A stretch of 64,000 nucleotides of DNA from Piromyces finnis finn (lineage: Eukaryota > Fungi > Neocallimastigomycota): assembly GCA_002104945.1 (NCBI GenBank), contig MCFH01000059.1, positions 62,001 to 126,000 of the forward strand, read 5' to 3'. Positions 14,440 through 31,774 of the stretch are shown here, one piece after another. Positions within the stretch are counted from its first letter, which is position 1. Every line of letters begins with the position of its first letter. The translations under genes were made by a program, and so were the position numbers. The notes beneath the pieces are model-generated. The model was given only the letters and a program-made list of their open reading frames with translations. It ran no database searches and was not told where the DNA came from.

Positions 14440-15872
14440 TTATTTTTTAAATGATTTTTGTGATATTTTGGTATGATTATTATTTATTTTTTTATGAGAT
14501 GGATTAAGTTCTTTCATTGACACTCCAGTATTTTTTATTTGAAGATTGGTTTTTTTAGATGTCTTTTTTTGAGTATTGAGGATAGGTGTAGAACTAAATC
14601 CTTTCATATTATTAAGATCATTCGATTTGATATATTCTCCATCAGATAGTGTAACTTTTTTTGGTGATCCAGATTTAACTATTGTTGATTTGGCTTTTTT
14701 TAAATTTGATTTTTTCTTTATACTACTACTGTGACTACTACTACCACGACTATGATGTCTACTATTACTACTGTTAGTAGAAAGGGTTGCATAACTAGAT
14801 GCTTTAAGGTTACTCTTACTAATATCTTGTTCATGGTTCAAATTTGTTTCAGAAGCATAATCATCCTTTTTATTACTCTCTTCAAAATTATCATTTTCTT
14901 TTTCAATATTTCCCTTTTTTTCATCATTTAAAATTTCATTGAGTTTTTCTGATTTAATTTTAGATTCTTTCTCAGGAATATTAAAAGAAATTCTCATTTC
15001 CGAATCATGACCTTGAATTTCATTCTTTAAAGGAATACTACTATTTTTATTTGATGAACCCTTTTTCAAGATAACTTTTTTATCATTAGCAGAAATAGCC
15101 CTGGCTGTTTCTGGGGATACTATTACAATACTATCACTACTAAAACTTCCAATACCATTTTCACCCACTTCATAATATTTCAAAGAATGAACACTGTTTT
15201 GAACTCGTCCCTCCGTCTTTATTCCTCTTACATAATGATCTGATTGATATGTCACTCCTTCTTTTAACGTTATAGGACCATGACTTTTATCTAATTGGGT
15301 GGTTGAATAGCTGCACTTTTCACGACTTGTACAATCACATTCACATGTTGCGTGTGTAAGGGTATTATTAGTATTTCCATTAGCATCGTTATAACTATCT
15401 GTGGAAGAATTTATTTCTTTGTCAACTGTTTCTATTTTATCCTTTTTATCATTTTCCTTTTCCTTTTGGTTTTGTTGCTGCTCCTCCTTAATTTTTTTAA
15501 TCTTACCACAAACTAGACAATTATGACATTTAGGACATTTATAATGAATGCTGTTTTCAATAATTTCCTCTTCTTCATGCTTTTCCTTATTTTCCTTCAA
15601 TAATGCCCCATCACTACCAAATTTTCTTGTAATATGATCCACTCCATCTTGATCATTGTTTATTCCTTGAATATTATTTAAATCATATTGACTACTATTA
15701 TTACAAGATTGACTCTCATTATTATTATTATTATTATATGGAAAGTCGGTAGTTTGGATACTTTTATCCATGTGTTCCGGTACATCTTTTATTTCTTCTT
15801 CTGTTTGAGTTTGAGCAGTTTCTACTATCACTACACGATTAATTCTCATCTTTTCATCCCCTGTTGAAAATT
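14440..15872 (-). CDS. Low-complexity Lys/Ser-rich ORF with Cys clusters; probably the terminal exon of the 16776-19734 gene, possibly a separate gene
   Basis: 469-aa ORF with upstream acceptor tcaag|AA TTT TCA ACA GGG GAT GAA AAG ATG at 15872. Motifs HYKCPKCHNCLVCG and HATCECDC. I could not resolve the exon link across 15873-16650. Confidence 0.6.
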
Positions 15873-16775
15873 CTTGATTATAAATTTTACTATTATAAAT
15901 GAAATTTATTTATTTATTTATTAAATAAGTCGAAATTTATATTTTTACATAATAGTAATATCATATATTTTATTAAAATTGCATTAGTTATTGATATGAA
16001 AAATAATATAAGTATAAATAAAATTATATAATTAAATTTATACAAATGAAAAAAAAATAATATATTAATATTTTTGTAAAATATATCTATAGAATAAAAA
16101 CAACACTATCAATTTAAAATAATAAAAAAAATATAAATAAATAATTTTCTATATTTTTTAAATTGTAATATAAAAAAAGCAATAAATTAAAATCAAAAAG
16201 ATAATGATTGAGATGTGTATATGTGCTTTTTTTTTCTATGGAATTAGACTAAATTATTTTTTAATAATGTTGATAAATTATTTTTTTTTTATAATTTACA
16301 TGATAGCTTGGTATTGTTTATTAATATAACTGAATTATTATTATTAATTTTTTTTATAATTTAGTAACTATTTTCTATTTTCAATAATAGATTTCGAATA
16401 AAAGATATATATAAGAATATAAATAGTTTGTTCATTTTTATTTATTTTATTATTGATGATAATATACGTTTTTTTTATGTTGTTATTATCGATATGATGA
16501 GATAGAAGGATTATTAAAAATAATAATTTTATTTAATTTAATAGAGATTCGTATTTTTTTTTAAAAAAAAGAGATATAATAAAAAAAAGTAATAATTAAA
16601 AGAATATTTAAAAAATAAATAAAAATATATATATATATTTTATAAACTATTTACTTGTATTCCTTGATAAGAAACATATATCTATTTTCCTAAAAAATAT
16701 ATAAAAAGAATAAATATATATTAAAAATTTTTATAGAATTATTGATATATGCATTAAAATAAAATTATTTACTTT

Positions 16776-19734
<2,959 letters not shown>

Positions 19735-20364
19735 TTTTTTTTTTTTTACTTATTATTGATATAATATCTAATTTTTTTTATTTATTTTTTGGTATTTAAT
19801 ATTATTTTGGGAATAATATTTAATTTTTTATATAGTAACGGATTATTAATTTATTATTGCGAAAAAGTGTTACGTCAATATTTAACTATTATACATAAAT
19901 GTTTTTGTGTATATCTTTATTTTTTTAATATGTTAGGAAAAGTTTTTTTTTTTTTTATTTTATAAAAATATAATACAATTTGATTTTCAATAATAAATAA
20001 TATTCTTTTTATTAATATTTTCCTTTGTCCCTTTATATATCTACCTTTTATAAAGAAAAAAAATGCAAATTTACCTATATTTTATTGTTTAAATCTTATT
20101 ATATAATAAAAAAAAATATTAAATATAAAATATAATTTTTAATTATTATTATTTCTATAAATCAAATTTTAAAAACTTTATATTAATATTTACTTTGTAA
20201 TAATTGAAAAGCTTTTTGAAAAAACTAAATTTTAAAAAGTACAATAATATATATTCTATTTAACTTTAAATATTATTATTTTAAATCTAAAGAAATTACT
20301 TTATTCTTTTTTATTGAAAAAAGTATATTCAATTGATATGACTCTTTTTCACTCTTAAATAAAA

Positions 20365-20402
<38 letters not shown>

Positions 20403-20560
20403 AAAAAGCAATACCTAATATTAAAATATAATTTTTTTATTTTATTTAATTTTTTTTTTTTTTCAGTATTACAGCATAATAGATTTAAATATAAATGATA
20501 AACGTATAATAAACATCAATTTTTTCTATTCAATAAATATATATATATATAATTTTTTGA

Positions 20561-20591
<31 letters not shown>

Positions 20592-20716
20592 ATTATATTA
20601 GTTATTGAGAATAAAATATTATTTACTTATTTACTAATATTTTTATAATTCTTCTAATAATTTTTCTAATTATATAAAAATTTAAATGTGTGTGGTGTGT
20701 TACTAGAAAAAAAAAA

Positions 20717-21341
20717 TCAATATATATATGGGCAATTATATTGGATTGCATTGTGATGTTGTCTATGTACAGTTTCAATACTTTCAACATCTCCAAACCA
20801 TCCGGAATAAGTAGCTCCACAAAAACTACAAACTACTCTACTATTTAATAATTCACCATTTTCATTTTCAATTGGTTTATAAGCAAATCCACATTTAGAC
20901 AACTATATATAAAATTTTGATAAATATTAATTAATATGAAAGAAAAGGAATATTAAAAAATATATATATATATATATTAATTATTTTCATTAATAAAACA
21001 AAACTATAAATTAAAATTTTAAATTTATTAAATAAATTAGAATAAAACTTACTGATACAAAGAGTTCATTATTAACATATGGATATTTACATAATTTATC
21101 AATTGGATTGCCTTGATAATTTAAAACAGGTTGTTCTGAAAGGTATGAATAATATCTTTCTTGACAGTTATTAATATATAATTCACTGCAAACTTTATTA
21201 AATGCATTCTTAAATCTTAATAATTCTATATATATAAATATTAGTATACAAAAAATATATATAAATATATATATTTCAATATTTTAATAATACTATAATT
21301 ATGAATACTTTGCATTTTGTGTAATAATTATTTTTAATAAA

Positions 21342-21384
<43 letters not shown>

Positions 21385-23041
21385 CTTTCCGTTTTTATTA
21401 CTGAAATTTTACCTTCTGGCATTCTAAATGAGAAAATAATTTTTGATGATTCATCTTCAGGATATGGTATAACAGTAGAACTACAAATATTAACCTTTTC
21501 ATTATGAATTAAACTTTTTTCTTTTTCAGTTAAACGTGAAATATCTACCATATCTCTTAAGTAAACGATGGATGTATCTATAAAAACTTTATTTTTAAAA
21601 TTCCTTCCAAATGAATTAAATAAAAACATTCTATCAGTAGCTTTTGAATATTTACTCATAAATTCCCATACTTTTTTAATTTACATATACATTTAACATT
21701 ATTAAAATGCAATACAAGTATTATATAATATAATAAATATCATCAATTAAATGAATATTAATATGATTTAATTAAATAAAAGGATTATATACATTTAATA
21801 TTTAGAGATGGTGTTTGTTGACCATATAAATTATAAGTGACTAAACGGAACTGTTTTGGTAATATAAAGATTGCTACTGGACCCTTCTTGACCCATCTTT
21901 TTTTTTCGTCGTTAAATTTATACATATTTGATAAACTTTAAATATAATAATAGAAATCAGGTAATAAAGAAAAAAAGAAAGTCTGAATTTTAGTATCTAC
22001 TTTTTATGATAATAATATACATATATATATATATATATTTCTTTTCTAATTAAAAATACATAATAAAAAAATTTTTTTTATGTATTAAAAAATATATGCT
22101 TAGCAAAAAAAAAAAAAACTTTATACATAGCTATAAAGTTTTATATGAAATAATTTATTATAAACTTTTAAATTATAAATTTAATAAACATACAATGCAT
22201 TATTTGGGTCAAGCTCATCTTTCCATGGTGCTGCTAAATTTTCTGTTAAATCTCTAAAAATTTTTAAACCACGGTTTTGGTATTTTTTACGTTTTTCTTC
22301 CATACTTACATTTGAAGAAATGAATGGAACATCTTCAGGATCACTTGGATAAAAATCGCTTGCTATTTATTATATAAATTTAAATTTAATAGGAAATAAT
22401 AATAATAATGATAACAATATTTAAATTTGAATTTCTATATGTTATACTCTATTTTTAGTAGAGGAAAATTACCATCTGATTCACATTCTTGTAAAAAAGT
22501 ATTTCCTGCTGTTTCTTCTTCATATATATAATTATTTTCTGTATCCATTTCAATATTATTTGATAAATTTTGGTCTTGGAATTGTTGGTTAATAGCTGGA
22601 AAACCTTTTATATATTCATTTATGATATAGAATTTTGTTATTAATTTGTTCATTTATATAATTTTATTTAATAAATATGAATAATGTATTTTTAATCATT
22701 AATGAAATATAAACTTTGTTATATCTACTTTTTTTTAAAAAAATAAGAAAATAAGGAAGAAATATATTAAAGTTACTTTTATAAAATAACTTTAAATATA
22801 TATATATATAAAAGTTTTATAAATTCATTATTGATATATACCTATATCCGTATATCCACTATCTTTTTCGTCTTGTTGAAAACTATTCTTTGAATCTATT
22901 ATATATGTAAAAAATTACATAGAGCATAAGATATTGAAGTCAATTATATATTATATATTAAATAAAATTGTATCCTTAAATATTGTTTTTATTTTTAATA
23001 TTACATTCAACATCTGTGAAACTAATTTGTGAAGTATTCAT
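20717..23041 (-). CDS. Multi-exon protein: acidic N-terminus, RanBD/EVH1-like PH-fold domain, C-terminal BIR zinc-binding domain
   Basis: Phase-consistent exons from ATG 23041 (MNTSQISFTDVE) to TGA 20717. PH-fold cues: LSNMYKFNDEKKRWVKKGPVAIFI...KIIFSFRMPEELLRFKNAFNKV. BIR: ERYYSY..YPY..LSKCGFAY...VVCSFCGATYSGWFGD....TVH........NCPY (C-x2-C-x6-W...H...C). Confidence 0.75.
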
Positions 23042-24048
23042 TTTCTTAAAGTTAATTATTCAGTACTAAAGTAGAAACCAATTAATTTAAATAATATAAA
23101 TTATAAATTATGTAAAGTTATCAACGTATATTTTATTTTATTTTATTATTATTATTATATTATCAACAATTCTTTATGAAAATAATTTTCATATATAAAT
23201 CACTGTACTGTCAAACGATTACAAAAAAAACTATAGTAATTTAAAAGAAAAGAAAAAAAAAAAAGGTTTCTTTTTTTTTATTATTATTTAATTTTTGAGT
23301 ATGGAATATACTATAATATATTAAAATTTTCATAAAATTATATATTAATTAATTAATGAATTTAATTAATAATTAGGCCCTACTAGTTCTACAATTTAAA
23401 TTAAAAATTTTAAAAAAATTTTTATTAAACACTTTTTCTTTTTTTAATAAAGAGAACAAGGTCACTTTATTTTTATAAGATTATAAAAAAAAAAAGGCAT
23501 TTTAATTATATATTAATTAAGAATTGAAAATAAAACTAATACTTTTTACTTTTATTATTATTTGAAATTCTTTAAAATTACAATAATATAATTAAAAATT
23601 TATGAATGAATGACTTGATTTGGGAGTTGAAAATATTTAAATTTAAATCAAAAGTTTATATTAATCTATAATTTTAATTAATCTTTGAATTTATTTTTCT
23701 TTTTTATAATTATTATAACAGTATGATAGGATAGTATACGTATTATAGTCATATTTTCCAAGCTTTTTTTTTTATTTCATTTTAAATATTAAATACCACT
23801 AGAGTTCACTGGACAAAAAAAAAAGAGAGAGAGAATGGATGTGTATCATTTTTAGATTTTTAAAGTTTGTAATTCTATTTATTTTTATATATTATGATAA
23901 TATATTATAATATATATAATTTAATTTTAAATATAGTATATTTTTAAATATATATTGCAATACATTACAATATATTTTAATTATTTTAATAATTTTATTG
24001 TTAATTAAAATTTTGATCCAAAAAATTAAAAAAAAAAAGGCATAATGA

Positions 24049-24206
24049 AAGATACACCTAAAACATAAATAATAATTAGAATAATTAGAATAACGAGATC
24101 ATCCCCTCAAAAAAAAAAATAAGAACCTTTTCTAGATCATAGTAATAATCATGGAATCATGGTTTTAAAAAGATTCACCTAAAACATAAATAATAATTAG
24201 AATAAT
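24049..24206. repeat. Direct repeat pair, 31 bp identical (CACCTAAAACATAAATAATAATTAGAATAAT) at 24055-24085 and 24176-24206
   Basis: Read directly; both copies are preceded by AAAGAT(A/T). Intergenic. Confidence 0.85.
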
Positions 24207-25477
24207 CACGATTTTATATTATTAATAAAAAGTAGTAAATCAATAACTAGCTTTTAAATAAAATATACCCTAAAAGAATTAGAGTAACAATATAAAATTA
24301 TTATTTGACGACCTATTAACAACATTATTGTATGTCTATATACATTATAGTTAAACTTGATCATTAACAACTCTTTGCAATTATATTTGCACGAATCCAA
24401 TTAATTTTTATCAAGGAATAATTTTTTAGTATTGGCATTATAAAAATTATAATAATTTATAAGGTTTAAGTTTTATATATTTATATTTTAGTTTTTATTA
24501 TAATTTAAAATTATTCTTATATTCTTAATTTCTTTATTTATATATAGAAAAAGGTTGCTCATAATCTTATATATTAATTGTAATATATAGTAATAGTAGT
24601 AAAAATAAAGTAATAATAACATATTTCTATGTAATGAAGTTGCTATAATGAAAATATTAACACTTTATTATCACCTAGCTAAAATATTTATCATTCCTTT
24701 TTTGATAATGCTATAAATCATCCACAAAAAAAATAGTAAAAAAGATAGAACTAAACCTATTCAAGGTTTATTCCAACATTTTTTTGTTTTTAATTAACTA
24801 AAAATATATATATATATATATAATTATTATATGTTTTGTATTTTCTAATTTATAACAAAATCTTTAAAACAGTAAAAAGACATTGATTTAAATAATCTTT
24901 ATTACATTTTTTTTTTCTTTTTAAATATTTTTTATAGTATATAAAAAAAAATATAATAAAACTTTTAAAAAACGTATTACTCGATAATTATATTTAAATA
25001 TTTTTGATTTTATCTATATATACTTTATTAATAAAGAAATTTTTTTTTTAAAAAAAAAAGGTGAAAATAAAATAAATAAAATTTATTATAAATTTACATT
25101 ATATAATTAAATTATACATTTTATATAAAAAATAAAATAAAAAAGTTTTGATAAAAAAATATAAAGAAAATATCAATTAAGAAATATTTATATAGCTAAT
25201 ATCATATATACATATATACATATATATAACTACATTAAGGAATAACATCTTTAATACATATTTCAATAATCTATTAAAACTATTATCATTAAAAACATAT
25301 TTTTAAGTATATTAACAACCATATATTGGTTTTAATAGATTTACTTATTATACTATCTTTATAATAAAAATTATCATATTTATAATATTAACAGAAAGTA
25401 TTTTCCAAATACGTAATTAATTTAAAAAAAGAACGAACATTTTCATCAGTTTTTTAATCACAAAAATTTAAAAAAAA

Positions 25478-26911
25478 ATGAGTGATTGTATGGATATTGA
25501 TCTTCAAGGAATATTAAAAAAGAGAAGTAATGAATTTAATCTAGACTATTTTCAAAATAATACACCTAAAAAACCTGTAAAGAGAGTAAGAATTGAACTT
25601 CCAATAGAAGAATTTGATGATGAAGACTCTTCTAATATTTGCAGTCCAAAAAAAAGAAGAGGAATAAATAATCCGTAAATATTTTTTCTTTATAGATTCA
25701 TATATAACAAATTAAAATAGTTTAGAATAATAGCATAAATATATAAATAGTTTTGGTTTTCTTTATAATTTACATTATGAAAATGTTGATTAAAACTAAT
25801 TGTTATTAATTCAATATTAATTTTTTTTTTTAATATTAATACTAATATTGTAGAAATGGAATAATATCAAATAATATAATAAAAAATTCAAGTAATTCAT
25901 CAGTAAACTCAAATAAGCAACAACAACAACAACAACCAATTTCACAATCAAATATTAATGAGTCATATAATAAAAAAAATAGAACCATAATTACACCTAC
26001 TTCTTCACTTATATCACAAAAGTTAAAAAATATAAAGAATAATTCTTTAAAATATAATTCAAACACTACTAATAGTAATTTCAGTAATAATATTTTGTTT
26101 GGAACACCAATTAGTCCTCAAAGTGAAAATAATAGTATCAATGAAAATAATGGTCAATTCTTATTCTCTAATACCTCTTCACCTTTGTCAATTAATGTTT
26201 TAAATAATAATAACAATAACAGGTTTACAAGTACATTATCAGCCTCATTATCACCCCCAATTGATATAAATAAATCATTAAAATCACCTACTACACCTAC
26301 TTTATCATTTTCTTCTTCTTTACCCACCTCCTTTACATTTCATTCACCATACGTATCAAGTTTCAATCCATTTTCAAACATTTCAAATAACAATAATAAT
26401 GGTAGTAGCGGATTCACCTTTAATTACAATTTAATGAATAATAAGAGTATTAGTACTGAATCAGAGGAGGAAAGTAATAGTAAAATTTCTCTTTCTTCCA
26501 ATAATTTACAAAGCCCAAATAGCAATTCTAATATATCATTAATTTCAAATGGTAATTATATATAGTTGTATAATTTTGATAAAAATAAAAAAAAAAATTG
26601 CCTTTATTTCAAATTTATTTTTCTAATAATATTCATTTATATATAAATTTATAAAACTTGTTATATAATAAAGGGAATAGTAATAAAATTGATGAAGATG
26701 AAGATGAAGATGATGCAGAAAGAGAACAAAATACACTATTAAGTAAAATAGCAAAACAAAGTTTCGAAGCTGAAAAGGTAATTCATTAAATATATTTTTA
26801 TTTTCTTAAATATACATATAGTAAAAAAATAATACTAATTATTAATTTTTCATTATGCCTATTTTATATATTTTATAGAAAAGATACATGCTTCATCATA
26901 AAGTAAATTAA
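25478..26911 (+). CDS. Intrinsically disordered Ser/Asn-rich protein with many S/T-P sites and a basic NLS-like motif, 4 exons
   Basis: The 66-aa and 156-aa ORFs join in frame (CC|gtaaat...tgtag|A AAT GGA), then exons at ~26674 (GNSNKIDEDEDED...EAEK) and 26879-26911 (KRYMLHHKVN*). No family recognised. Confidence 0.7.
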
Positions 26912-27521
26912 ATTTCTACATTTTATAGACAGATTTTCAATATTTATAAATACACGGAATAATAATATATAAATGTTAATAAACCATACCTATTTAAAAT
27001 AAACTATATACAATTTATTCAGTAAAAATAATGACTATAAAAAAAAATACTGTTTACATTAAAAATAATTTTGTACTATATAATTTTTTTTTAATTTTTG
27101 ATAAAATATTGTTTTACTTAAAAAAAAAAACATTAATTATTTATTATATAAAATGCATTATCTTTTAAAAAAAATAATAATAACCAAGAAGTTAACATAC
27201 ATATAATATTATTTATTACTTATTAACTCTTTCAAAATATATATATATGTATATATTAACAATGTTAAATATAATTATACTGATTTATTTTTATTTTCAA
27301 AGAACTCTAGAACTGTTAAAGAGTTATTTTTCTTCTAAATATAATTAAGCATATAATCTACATTATTCAATATACAATAAACTACTATCGATAAAAAAAT
27401 AATTTATAATAAATAATATAAATAAAATTAAATATTTAAATCTTTTACATAATAATTAAAATTTATTTAATAATTAATATTTCTTTTTTTTTTTTTTAAC
27501 TATATGTTAATATCATAATAA

Positions 27522-29981
27522 TTATTTTATATACAAAAAGGCTATAATTAGCACTATGCTGCCTATTGAATTTTTTTTATAATTATAATATTAGTATGGT
27601 GTAGAAATAATTTCGATATTTTTTAAAATAGAAACCATTTTATAACTTACTAACTACAATAAGCAATAAATTTTTATACGACTTTGGTTGATCCTTTGCT
27701 TTTTCTTCATTTTCGGAAAACTATTTAAAAAATAGGAGGGAGTAATGTTAAAATTAAAAAATTATAATTAGTTTGATAGAAATAAATATATCTATACAAT
27801 ATTTATTAACTAATGAATATTAAAAAAAACTTACAGTATTTATTAAAGATTTTAACAATTTTTTATCATTCTCTAAACGCATATGTAATAATCTAATTTC
27901 ATTTACATTAGAATCACTTGTTTGTTTCATGTTTTCAATTTTCTTTTGTAGGATAGTATTTTTTTCTTTAGTTGAATTTAAACTTTCTAGTAATTCCTTT
28001 TTTTTTATTTTTTTTTTAATAATTATATATGTATATATAAATTATTATTTATCCATTAGTATTCATTATTATATTACTTAAAGATCATATTTATAAATAA
28101 ATATTAATGAATTATTTCTACCAAATTTGTTGATGTTAAATTTTTAAACTTATCCAATACATCTTTTAATGTTTTTGTTTTTTCTTGAAGTTCAGTCTAT
28201 AATTATATTAATGTAAATATGAAAAAGAAATTACTATAACAATATGATGTAAATATAAATATTAAAGATGGTATGAAAGATATATACTTCTAATTCCAAT
28301 ACTGTATTATTATATTTATCAAATGTATTAAATATATATCTTATTATATTTTCTCCATTTCTTATATAATATTTTATTTCATTGTTTATAAATCATATAA
28401 ATTAATGAATATTGAAAATGAATATTAATTAAAATACTGTTTTCAATATTATATTATATTTATTCAAAGGAAGATAAATTACTCCTTATCTTTTTCTTTT
28501 TTCGACAATTCCATTTTTGGATTCCATTCATTATGCAACGTTTCTTTTAATATTAAGGTATGATTTATATTAATTATAAAATTAATTTTTTTTTTTTTAC
28601 TCAAAATTTATAAAATTTTTTTTTTCCGTAAAAATTTTACTTTGAATAACATTTTGCATTCTTCCAATGATTCTTATTATATTACATATTTCCATTTTTT
28701 TACTGCGAGTTGGGGCTTGTAATATATATACATTATCTCTTGTATTAAGTTGGAATACATTTGAATTACCTCTAAACATTGAACCTTTTGCGCAATAAGT
28801 ATTTTCTTTAGTGATATTTTTAAAAGGAAACAAATTAATGTATTATACATAAATAGTATATATCGTTATATTTATAAAAAGATGTATTATGTAAATATAC
28901 AACGATGTAAATATTTATACCAAATAATTTTTCAATATCCAAAACAATTAAATCATATGGTTTCCCCAAATTCTCTATCATCCATTTATTTTTATTTATA
29001 CTATCATTTGAATTAAGTAATGAAAAAGAACTACCCGATGATATATTTTCATTGCTAATCTCATTTGAAAGATTTTCAAATTCACTATCATCACTTGTTT
29101 TTTTTGAATGATCACTCTGAGTATAACTATATGTATCGGAATGTTCAGTCTTTATTGAATTTGGTGAACTTAGTCTATATGATGAATTGTCACTACTACT
29201 ATAATTATCATTTGGAGATGATGATTCGTTATTATTTTCTTTTTTATTCATTATATCCTTTGGTTTGAATGACTTTTCATTTAATACTTCTTCCGAAGAA
29301 TCATGATGGTCAATTAGGAATTTAACGGAACGTGTTTCTTTAAAAATAACTTTTAAAGCTTCTTCACCTATATCTAGAATTGATTTTTCTGGATCAAAAT
29401 AATATTTTGAATATTTCTCTTGATTTTCTTTCGGGGTAATAGCTAACTGAATAGTATCATCTGTTATTTTTAATATTGCAAAATCCTTGAATGAAAAGTT
29501 TTGATTTAAAATAGATACATAATATATATATTCCTTTAAATTTCCAATATCTTTTGAGGTATATTCCATATCAAAAAATGAAAATTCTTGATGTAAGGGA
29601 CTTTCATTCTCTGGAGAATTTTCATTTTCAAAAATAGGAGATGTATATTGATTAAATGCAGAATTGTTTATATTTGGTAATTCAACATCTTGAGAAGATA
29701 CTCCTAATAAATTATAATTTCCAAGTTTTTTTGATGATCCTATGGCATCATTTTTTAAGGTATTACTTATCTAAATGTAAGGTTTTTTTTTTAATTTCCA
29801 TTTCATTATTTTTTTATTTGTTTAATATTAAAATACCATAAATTTTACAATGTTATTTTCCATTATAAATCATTATAATAGAATGGAAAATAATAATTAG
29901 ATATATAAAGCATTATCTTTAAATATTTTTTGATTATTTATAATAAATTTAAATGATATAATATAATGATATCTATACCAT
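27522..29981 (-). CDS. Multi-exon protein with a split PH-like domain, coiled coil and C-terminal transmembrane (tail) anchor
   Basis: Large exon 29770-28921 includes the 244-aa ORF; next exon gives ENTYCAKGSMFRGNSNVFQLNTRDNVYILQAPTRSKKMEICNII (PH beta6-beta7-helix pattern). Last exons splice (GTT A|gtaagt...aatag|GC) to ...KSYKNLLLIVVSSIVLIIAFLYIK*. Start codon and one or two internal junctions are uncertain. Confidence 0.65.
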
Positions 29982-31737
29982 TTCTGAAAAATCAATAAAT
30001 AACCGGTATTCTACAAATTAATATTAACTGCTATGATTCTTAAAAAAAAAAAAAAAAAAAAAAAAAGAAAAGCTTTTTATGAATTCATTCGAATATTTAA
30101 TTTACTACAATTATTATTTCCTATTTTTAAAAAAAAAATAAAGTTTACATTGTTTTAATGAAAATTTAAATAATTTTTAAACTATTACAATTTAAATTTT
30201 TTAGTATAAAAAAAAAGCTTAAATTTTTCTTTTTTCTCTTCTTCATTAGAAATAATTTGTGAATGAGTATTTAAAAAGAAAACTTTTTTCCATTTGAAGT
30301 TCAATATTTGATACTGAGAATATATTAATAAAGTAAATATTGTTATGTCATTATTTTTGTATCTAAATAAAAATTGAATGTTATAATATTAATAATGATA
30401 AGATATTTGAGCATTATGATGAAAAGTAAAATAGTAGTATTTGCTTTTATTTTATTTTTTTTTTTTACAATATGGTCAAAACATTAAATATTAAAATAAT
30501 TATCATATAATAATTATTTTAGTCCTTTATCTCCAATGATTTTTTTTATTTTTGTAGTTGATAATGCTATAATTGATTGAAGAAATAAAATAAATCTTTT
30601 TTCTAGATGTAAACATCTAAATTTTTATATAAATGAAGGTATGGATTTTAGATTTTAATAAAGTAGATAAATGATAATTTATATTATAGTTTTAACATCA
30701 GGTTTTTTTTTTAAAAATAAAAGTAGTTACATTTAAATTTTAATTATAATAATTTTATTTTTTGTGCTACTTTTTGATAAAATAATTGAATCTTATATGT
30801 AAAAGGTATAAATAATTGGAATTTAGATAGGCTTTTAAAAAAGTTTGCATATTTAATATGTTTTCATATGCTTAAATAATCATAATAAAATATTTATGTT
30901 TCCAATCATTATGTAAAAACACTTTTCTCATAAGCATTTAAAAATATAATGAGTATACATTTCTTTTAAAGTTATAATCTTTATTTCTTTGTTCTATTAT
31001 TAAATTTTTACACAGTATAATACAAAATTATGTTTAAAGAATAATATAAAATAAAATTTGATCTATTTATAACCTTTTCCAATTAATTATTGCTATTGTT
31101 ATTATTGCTATTGTTATTATTAAAGGATAAAAGATAATTACCTTATTAAAAAAAATTATAATATATTTTTTTTTCCCTATTTTAATATATCCTTTTTTTT
31201 ATTATGTTAAATGCCGTTTTTATTTTTTGTATAAAATAATAAAAATTAATAAAATGTATACAAAAAACTAAATTAAAATAATAAAAAAACAAAAATTAAT
31301 CCTCAGCCACATTTAATATACATCGTGTTAATCATTTTTACTCTATCAAAAAAATAAAAAAAAAATTCTTTTAATTTAATTATCACTTTATTCTTAAAAT
31401 AAAAAAGTTTTTTTTTTTTTTAAATTGAAACTTAACCAATTTAAATCATTGAATAAATTTATATAAAAAAATAAAAATATAAAAAAATAAAATAAAAAAA
31501 AACCATAAAAACTATTTTAAAAACCTTTTTTTTCATAATATATATTTATATTAAGTCAAGTATATAAAAAAAAAAGTATTAAAGAATATATTTAAGTAAA
31601 AGGATAAAAAAAATTCAAATTTCAAAAAATACAAAATCATTTATCAATGAAAGTTTATTTTTTATAAAGTAAGCTATATATTTTAATACTTTATTATAGA
31701 TAAAAAAAAACTTTATCAATTTACCAAAAATTATTAT

Positions 31738-31774
<37 letters not shown>

